Source: a virus
Lineage: Duplodnaviria; Heunggongvirae; Uroviricota; Caudoviricetes
IMG/VR virus record: IMGVR_UViG_2881684137_000004
Span: 64,001 to 128,000 of that record
Length of the DNA: 64,000 nt
Direction: 5' to 3' (one strand)
Below are positions 57,724 through 64,000 of the stretch, in pieces. Position 1 is the first letter of the stretch. Each line of letters opens with the position of its first letter. The notes under the pieces were generated by a model. The model was not told where the DNA came from. It did no database searches and saw nothing but the letters and a program-made list of their open reading frames with translations. The translations under genes were made by a program, and so were the position numbers.

Positions 57724-58788
57724 CTAGTTGGCTTCATTAATATCAAACCATTCTTTTGCAGCTGACAACAAGATATCAGTTCTCTTTTGTACAAAACTCT
57801 TTTTTGTTGTAGACGAATTAGAATACGAAGCATAGCCAGTTGAAGAGTAAGTGTCTACAAAGAAGTTTTTTAAGAAGTCTGTAAATTTAACACTTTCCAC
57901 ATCAGCAAATTTATGTAAAACATATAGAATTGAAGGTGTTTTCGTTTTTGTTTTCTGAAATATACTTGCTCTAGCCTCTACTTCAAGACTTTCGTAAATG
58001 TTATTCAAAAAGAGTATTTTACCTTTCACGTTTTCGATTACTTCATCTGAGAACATATTTTCTTTAACCATCTTATCAATAACGCCGCTGCCTAATCCAG
58101 TGTCATTGTTTGTAATAATCAAAGCCATAGCCTGCTGAACTAGGTCTCCATTTGCATCTCTGTTTAAATCATTTTCGTTTAATCCAGCTTGAATTACTGG
58201 AGAAGCTTTCATTTCTGCAAGAGCAGATCTTAAGGGTGCTGCCATTCTGGATTTTCTCCTTTCAGAAGGTTTTAACGACTCACCGTTGTTCCAACGGTAG
58301 AAAAATTCTTGTTTTTGTTCCTCATCGATCTCATATTCTCTGATATGAATCATATGAGACATAATTCTATTTTGAAATGCACAAGGCAAATCTTTAAAAT
58401 AATAGCCATTTACATCAATAAATACAGTCTCACCATTTTCATCAACGCCTTCAATATAAGGCACATTTGTCAGAGGGAATTTATTTTTCACGTAGTCTCT
58501 AGCTGTAGTTAAGCGTTGTTTCCCATCAATCACGTTTCGTATTTTCTTTTTATTTTCTCTCAAGATTTGAACACTGATTTCTCCGATATAAACTTTTTCA
58601 ATAATCGAAATGATTGCCAAGGATTTCTTTTCAAGTTTCCAAACTGAGTTTCGTTGAATCGGATCATTAAAACGAAACACACTCAGTTTCTCCATGAACT
58701 CAGTAACAGAGATGCTAACATTCGTAGCCTCCACACCAAAATCCACCAGTTTCAAGCTTTCATCGGCTTTTACAATTTTCACTTCCAT
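57724..58788 (-). CDS. DUF262 (ParB-like, GmrS-type) domain protein
   Basis: IQRNSVW, VIDGKQRLTT, FYRWNNG. Confidence 0.85.
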   Translation of the reverse strand: MEVKIVKADESLKLVDFGVEATNVSISVTEFMEKLSVFRFNDPIQRNSVWKLEKKSLAIISIIEKVYIGEISVQILRENKKKIRNVIDGKQRLTTARDYVKNKFPLTNVPYIEGVDENGETVFIDVNGYYFKDLPCAFQNRIMSHMIHIREYEIDEEQKQEFFYRWNNGESLKPSERRKSRMAAPLRSALAEMKASPVIQAGLNENDLNRDANGDLVQQAMALIITNNDTGLGSGVIDKMVKENMFSDEVIENVKGKILFLNNIYESLEVEARASIFQKTKTKTPSILYVLHKFADVESVKFTDFLKNFFVDTYSSTGYASYSNSSTTKKSFVQKRTDILLSAAKEWFDINEAN

Positions 58789-58825
58789 TTATTATCCACT
58801 CCTCTATGTATTCAACTTATAACTA

Positions 58826-58854
58826 ATTATATCATTCAACTTTACATATGTAAA
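58826..58854 (-). promoter_or_regulatory. sigA promoter overlapped by the perfect palindrome TTTACATATGTAAA
   Basis: TTTACA-N17-TATAAT with TG extension. Confidence 0.65.
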
Positions 58855-59019
58855 TAATAAATTTATATATTTTACATATATTTTGCGAATGTCTTAATAG
58901 GTATATATTCGTTGAAGATCGTCACAATATATACTTTCCTATCTATAACAATCCCCCTTAAGTATAGTTTTGTATGATACATTATCAATCTACCTCCTTT
59001 AAATTAGATATTTCATCTT

Positions 59020-59268
59020 CTAATAATTTACGATTCTACATTTGGTGGTCATGCGTAACTTTCTCAACCGCTCTAAAGCTTCCTCTTTTGTATTAAACAG
59101 AAAAGGATGTTCGCTCGTATTGTATCCAAGACTTAATATTTCTCCAATCACATCTTTAGAAGTCCAAAAATATCCATCTTCGTCCCAAGCTGGTGGTTGC
59201 CAGCCTAGATAATCCAATTCAAACTCCTTAGTAACTGGATTTTGAGACTCTTGAACGATTATAAACAT
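59020..59268 (-). CDS. Hypothetical protein
   Basis: GGGAGTG RBS. Confidence 0.55.
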   Translation of the reverse strand: MFIIVQESQNPVTKEFELDYLGWQPPAWDEDGYFWTSKDVIGEILSLGYNTSEHPFLFNTKEEALERLRKLRMTTKCRIVNY

Positions 59269-59293
59269 TTTAACTTCACTCCCTTTAAAATGG

Positions 59294-59608
59294 TCATTTT
59301 ACTTCTAATTCTAATTCTTGATACCATCTAAATTTTCCATACGTTTCTCTATAGTAATTTCTAAACAACTCAATCCACCTGTCTGGATCTTTTTTAAATA
59401 CATGTGTTGATAAATATAGTATGCAATTTAAATTTGAATGTCTGACTTCTTTAAGTTGAACAACATTTTTGTTCACATAATAGTCTATGTAGCCTTTATA
59501 GAATGAATCAAACCGAGCGTGATAGTAAATATTTTTATCAATCACTTCATCTGAATGAAGGATTCGAAGTTTTCCATAATCATTAATAATCTTTGTAATT
59601 TGTCTCAT
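59294..59608 (-). CDS. Hypothetical protein
   Basis: ORF track. Confidence 0.55.
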   Translation of the reverse strand: MRQITKIINDYGKLRILHSDEVIDKNIYYHARFDSFYKGYIDYYVNKNVVQLKEVRHSNLNCILYLSTHVFKKDPDRWIELFRNYYRETYGKFRWYQELELEVK

Positions 59609-60212
59609 TCATATTCAACTCCAATCTCTGAGCCAAATGGTTGCGCTCACTTATTTAAAACCAACTGCTCCAGTCCTTTTGTAAAATCTTCATCCTGTTT
59701 TCTCAACTCTGCAATTTGTTTATTAGTTTTCTTCTGTCTTGAATGAATGTAAATGATGTTAACTACGCCAACAACGGCCATTAATGATGTTGTAATAATC
59801 AATAATAAAATCATAGTCCACACTCCTTCTTATTTTCTTCGTTTTTCCAATTCCTCTGCTACAAACTACACACAAAATACCTTCCATCACTTAGTCTCCG
59901 AACATTAGTATGAACTTTTTTGAATCTACGTCTATATCACCTTTTTTATCTATATCAAATTCTCCTTCGTTCCCACATTCACAAATAATCTTCATTAATT
60001 ACTCAATCTCCTCAATTTACTGTTTTCCTAATTATTTCAATAAGTACGTTTCTCCATCTTTATATAAAACACCTTCTACAATTTCTAACAATGTTGAATA
60101 TCCTCCACGTAAACCAATATTGCACTTATTATCATCATACTTTACCGATGTGACTACAGAACTAATTCCTTGTTTACTGATAAATCTCTCAATGATTTGT
60201 CTATTCATTTAA

Positions 60213-60467
60213 TTAGTCTCCTGTTCTTGAATAGTTTTCAATTTCCCCACCATTCTTAATGTGTTCTACAAGTTTATTTAACCTCTGTTCAGCTTCATAA
60301 ACACTTCCATAACCCCTTGAATACTCATGATCGCTTATGGCTTGCAGTGACTCACTGAGGGTTGCTTCTGAAGTGTCTGGAGCAGATATAACGTATACTC
60401 TGCATTCTATTTCTTTACCAAGTTTTAAAGTAACCCATTTACCAAGCATAAAATGATCACCTTTCAA
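60213..60467 (-). CDS. Hypothetical protein
   Basis: ORF track. Confidence 0.5.
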   Translation of the reverse strand: MKGDHFMLGKWVTLKLGKEIECRVYVISAPDTSEATLSESLQAISDHEYSRGYGSVYEAEQRLNKLVEHIKNGGEIENYSRTGD

Positions 60468-60634
60468 TCTTTAAAATATTGTCTTTATATGCAAACATCA
60501 TATCATGGATTCTTCGATAATTTTTGAATGTCCCTCTGTGTCGTCTTTTTGCTCTTTTCCCAATTAGGATTAGATGGCTCCGTGTTCCCTGTTGCTTGTT
60601 TACGTTTTGCTTCACCCATAATTAAATAACTCCT

Positions 60635-60817
60635 TTACTCAAAGTCTTCAGTCCAAGACACATAAGTTTCATGAGCTAAAACATGATCCTTGAAGAACAT
60701 CTTTAAAGCAGAATTACTCTTCCCTTCTCTTTCAAGTTGCTGAATTAACTCATTTGCTTTTAAGATGTGATTATAGGCTTCTTGAATGTGATTCTTAATA
60801 TGAAATTTTGTTGTCAA
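60635..60817 (-). CDS. Hypothetical protein
   Basis: GGAGG RBS, TTG start. Confidence 0.5.
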   Translation of the reverse strand: MTTKFHIKNHIQEAYNHILKANELIQQLEREGKSNSALKMFFKDHVLAHETYVSWTEDFE

Positions 60818-60847
60818 TACCTCTTCCTCCTTTTATGCATGAATGCA

Positions 60848-61201
60848 TTATTTCATGTTGATTTCTCTATGTTCTTTTCGTAAGTTGATTTGTGCTATAA
60901 ACATTCTACTAATTCTTTTTTCATTTGAGTCACAAAACCCCTTCGCCCAATATTCAGGATTCCCAAACCTATTGACTGCCATTACGTCATCTTGACATTT
61001 GAACTGAAGCCAACCTTCTGGGTTAATTTTAGATTCCACAATATATAGCCGAATTGAATTAATTAGGTTTTCTGAGGATGTTCTGTAAATCATATCTTGA
61101 TTTAGATAGTCTAGATGTGTATCAATTATTTCTTTAGCTTTCTCTTCAACCTCAAAATCAGAATATGATTTTCCAGTATTAATATACTCAATAGTTAACA
61201 T
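60848..61201 (-). CDS. Hypothetical protein
   Basis: AGGAGG RBS. Confidence 0.6.
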   Translation of the reverse strand: MLTIEYINTGKSYSDFEVEEKAKEIIDTHLDYLNQDMIYRTSSENLINSIRLYIVESKINPEGWLQFKCQDDVMAVNRFGNPEYWAKGFCDSNEKRISRMFIAQINLRKEHREINMK

Positions 61202-61241
61202 TTCTTACCTCCTATAATTAACTCGAAATTCTGATTTCATA

Positions 61242-61445
61242 CTACTTTAAATCACACTCACCACAATGTAATGCTTCACTGATAAGCATACACAGATGAT
61301 CTTCATCAATTTCTGTCCATCTTCCCGAATACATGCTTCGATGCCTGTAAGCGGATTTAGATTTATCAAAATGAACTTGAGCAAAAACATTGCGAAACAC
61401 TTTACCTTTTTTGATTTCTTTTACAATTTCAGCAACAGTCTTCAT
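61242..61445 (-). CDS. Hypothetical protein
   Basis: AGGAGG RBS. Confidence 0.55.
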   Translation of the reverse strand: MKTVAEIVKEIKKGKVFRNVFAQVHFDKSKSAYRHRSMYSGRWTEIDEDHLCMLISEALHCGECDLK

Positions 61446-61485
61446 TTTAGAAGCCTCCTTTTATTTCATTCTAGTTCCAAATTCG

Positions 61486-61848
61486 TTATAATCCCAAGGC
61501 TTCTCTCATTTTTTCTTGTGCTGCCAACTTCCCAACCTTGTATCCTTCGCTGCGTTGTTCTGCAATCTTATGTCCTACTCTAACAACGAAGTCGATAACA
61601 CCAAATTTCTGAATAACCAGATTGTACAAATATTCGATGATTTCTGCAGGATCATTTTCTAGGAGTTTTTCTATCTTTTCAACAGCTTCTTTGTCAGATA
61701 TGTAATAACTTTCACCAAATCTACTATTAAACTTGTAAAGTGTTCCAGCATTATAAACTCCACCACTTCTTTTCTCCAACTCTTTGCATTTTGTTTCATA
61801 ATAGCTTCCACTTATATTAACTTCTAGCCCAATCCATTTTCCACTCAT
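61486..61848 (-). CDS. Hypothetical protein
   Basis: GGAGG RBS. Confidence 0.6.
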   Translation of the reverse strand: MSGKWIGLEVNISGSYYETKCKELEKRSGGVYNAGTLYKFNSRFGESYYISDKEAVEKIEKLLENDPAEIIEYLYNLVIQKFGVIDFVVRVGHKIAEQRSEGYKVGKLAAQEKMREALGL

Positions 61849-61849
61849 C

Positions 61850-62086
61850 TTATCTTCCTCCTTTTTTTATAAGTTCAATCCCTGCATAACCTCTCTCACT
61901 TATTACTCGTACATCTATACCGTTGATCAACAGTATGCGAATGTCTCCACTCGGAAGAATTTCAAATCTAAATTGTCGATCATCTATTTCAATAGAAAAA
62001 TCATCTGTTTCAACTATCATTTGATATTCTTTACTTTCTCCACCACATTGTGCCAAAATGACTTTTTTCATTTTAGTGTTCTCCAT
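61850..62086 (-). CDS. Hypothetical protein
   Basis: ORF track. Confidence 0.5.
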   Translation of the reverse strand: MENTKMKKVILAQCGGESKEYQMIVETDDFSIEIDDRQFRFEILPSGDIRILLINGIDVRVISERGYAGIELIKKGGR

Positions 62087-62328
62087 TTTTATTTAGTAAA
62101 AAACAACAACTCATTGAAAGACACTATATCTTTTTCATAAACACCACACATATTCATCATGATTCTCTAAACCTTGTACATTAGTGGTTTCAACAGTGTC
62201 CCCAATTTGAATGTCATCAGTTTCATTCATATGCATCTTCATAACTCCTATGTATTTTAAATACACATATGCAGTTGAGTTATTCTGAATGTTTTTAATC
62301 CCCCTTTCATTTCTAATCCTCCATTGAC

Positions 62329-62613
62329 CTAAAAATTAATTTTAACGTCTGATCTGTGATGATATTTCTCTTTCACAAATGGAATCAATGTCTTAGAAAG
62401 CTCCCATGAATACATTCCATATGCACTCTTATCATAACCGCCCCAGATAGCCAGTGCTTGAAATAACTGAAACTCTTTAGAGGTAGTGACCTTTTGAAGC
62501 GTAATATCGATATCCTCATCATAATAAATATAACTTCTAATTGAGCCATAAGGTGTATGAAAAAACTCAATTCGATCAAAATCTTTGGTTGCTTGGATGT
62601 TTGTGTTGGACAT
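62329..62613 (-). CDS. Hypothetical protein
   Basis: AGGAG RBS. Confidence 0.55.
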   Translation of the reverse strand: MSNTNIQATKDFDRIEFFHTPYGSIRSYIYYDEDIDITLQKVTTSKEFQLFQALAIWGGYDKSAYGMYSWELSKTLIPFVKEKYHHRSDVKINF

Positions 62614-62728
62614 TTCAATTCTCTCCTTTTTGATTATGCACTTCTATTAAATAATCAATTTACTCCAATAACTCTAATATTATTCATTCTAAACCCTCTT
62701 AAATATGATGGTTTTTCATACATTCTTT

Positions 62729-64000
62729 TTAAGACGCGTATATTTGATCAGTCATCAAATACTTTTGCAAAAACTTGAATAATTCTTTAGTGAGAGTATC
62801 AAAAGTTTGAATGCATACGCCCTGACCAATGCTTTCCACAATCAATTTATTACTATCACCCAAATAGTAGTTCTTGTCAATTCCGTGTAATTTTCTAATT
62901 TGCTCACCTGTTAAATAAGCAAACAAATTTGGATTGGTTGGATGTTTAATCCAATTTTCTGGTTGAATTTTGTGGTGACTTTTCGTGATTGTTCCAATAA
63001 AAGAATCCTTAGTTATATCAAAAAGAGTCATACGATGATTGTGAGTCATTGCTTTCTTTTCTCTCTCCAGAAAGTAGCTTAATGTCCCACTTTCTTCTGC
63101 TGTCATCCATTTTAATTCATCAATACTTAACACACCATCCGCGGCAATGCTATTTATCTTTTTCCTTATTGGAGTTGGGAATGAGAACCCCTCATAGACT
63201 GAAGCCACCATAAAAAATCTTTCTCTTTTGGTTCTACTGCCATAATCTAATGAATTCAATTTCCCCATTTTCATAAAAAATCCTTCTTCCTCAAAGCACA
63301 ACTTCAAGCTATTACCTGCCGTTTTTTCAAACTCTGGAACGTTTTCAATCAAGATAGCTGAAGGCCTGTCCTCTTTTCTGCGCTCCCAAAACAGACGCAT
63401 CAAATGCATGTACAGATGCATTGTATGATATTCCTTTTTCGTGCCATTGGAAGCTTTGCTATAGTCTGTACAATCTAATGTTGCTAGCCATACATCAGCA
63501 TATGGTAAATCAGTTCCGCTCAACATTTGCATGGGAAGGTTGAACATAACTGAGTCAGGATGGTTGACAGAATAAATATTTGAAAACTTATCCTCACTAC
63601 CCTCTTTTGGGTTCCATTCAACAGCTGCCACCTCATCAAATCCTGCCTGCTTCATGCTTTCAGTACTGATTCCAGCACCAGCACAGAAAGTAATACTTTT
63701 CAATTTTTCGTTAGTTATTTCATTTTCTTTTATTGTTGCCGCTGTTTTCTTAATACCTTTAATCAAGACTCTCTCATTAAAGAATGTGATTTTGATTTCA
63801 TCGCATCCCTCTAAAGCAGAACGAATTTCATGACCTGATTTATCGATCACAGGAACAATCGATTTCTTTCTAGTTTTTTTCGATACTTTATTTGATCCTG
63901 TATTATGTATTTTGAATTCAATAAGATTGTTATCTGGATCAGATACGGTATCGAAACGCTGCCCAGGACCGAATCCTGCTTGTGTTAAAGCTGAACGATC
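62729..64000 (-). CDS. C5 DNA cytosine methyltransferase with an N-terminal extension, 5'-truncated by the window
   Basis: FCAGAG (I), LDC (IV variant), ENV (VI), RERFF (VIII), GQGV (X); frame open from 63850 to 64000 (DRSALTQAGFGPGQRF...). Confidence 0.85.
   Translation of the reverse strand, partial: DRSALTQAGFGPGQRFDTVSDPDNNLIEFKIHNTGSNKVSKKTRKKSIVPVIDKSGHEIRSALEGCDEIKITFFNERVLIKGIKKTAATIKENEITNEKLKSITFCAGAGISTESMKQAGFDEVAAVEWNPKEGSEDKFSNIYSVNHPDSVMFNLPMQMLSGTDLPYADVWLATLDCTDYSKASNGTKKEYHTMHLYMHLMRLFWERRKEDRPSAILIENVPEFEKTAGNSLKLCFEEEGFFMKMGKLNSLDYGSRTKRERFFMVASVYEGFSFPTPIRKKINSIAADGVLSIDELKWMTAEESGTLSYFLEREKKAMTHNHRMTLFDITKDSFIGTITKSHHKIQPENWIKHPTNPNLFAYLTGEQIRKLHGIDKNYYLGDSNKLIVESIGQGVCIQTFDTLTKELFKFLQKYLMTDQIYAS

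Larger units (their letters stand above)
1..64000. mobile_element. Segment of a large SPbeta-like temperate phage/prophage (early/middle region)
   Basis: Co-oriented dense small ORFs; YopQ/YopR, YorF/YorG, YorS and LigB-like proteins; tRNAs; no housekeeping operons; boundaries lie outside the window. Confidence 0.85.

Noticed and set aside
4208-62778. Numerous plus-strand ORFs in the track (e.g. 4208, 9219, 15091, 43702, 51697, 52659) and short alternative-frame minus ORFs (e.g. 23870, 45611)
   Set aside because: They overlap better-supported genes, lack an RBS and have atypical composition; treated as shadows
1-64000. CRISPR array or long tandem repeats
   Set aside because: No regularly spaced repeats; the motifs found are dispersed and short

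Overview
AT-rich, gene-dense window with ~125 ORFs, nearly all on the minus strand. It reads as the non-structural (early/middle) region of a large SPbeta-like temperate phage or prophage of a spore-forming Firmicute; a Paenibacillaceae-type host is an inference. Proteins resemble, by recalled sequence and not by database search, SPbeta YopQ/YopR (sroE/sroF repressor module), YorF/YorG, YorS and LigB. Also present: two tRNAs, a nucleotide-metabolism cluster, a WGR-PARP near a second ATP-dependent ligase, an RsfA sporulation regulator with a sigF-type promoter, an orphan MazF, an M16 peptidase, DUF262 and a 5'-truncated C5 methylase. The standout is a four-gene agr-like cassette directly downstream of the repressor: agrB, a membrane-only AgrC-like sensor, a 43-aa agrD missed by the ORF track, and a LytTR-only regulator. 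It has no histidine kinase or receiver domain, and no arbitrium aimR/aimP is visible in the window. It is a candidate kinase-independent cyclic-peptide communication system tied to the lysis/lysogeny locus. Three dispersed intergenic motif families were also found. No structural genes or CRISPR were seen.
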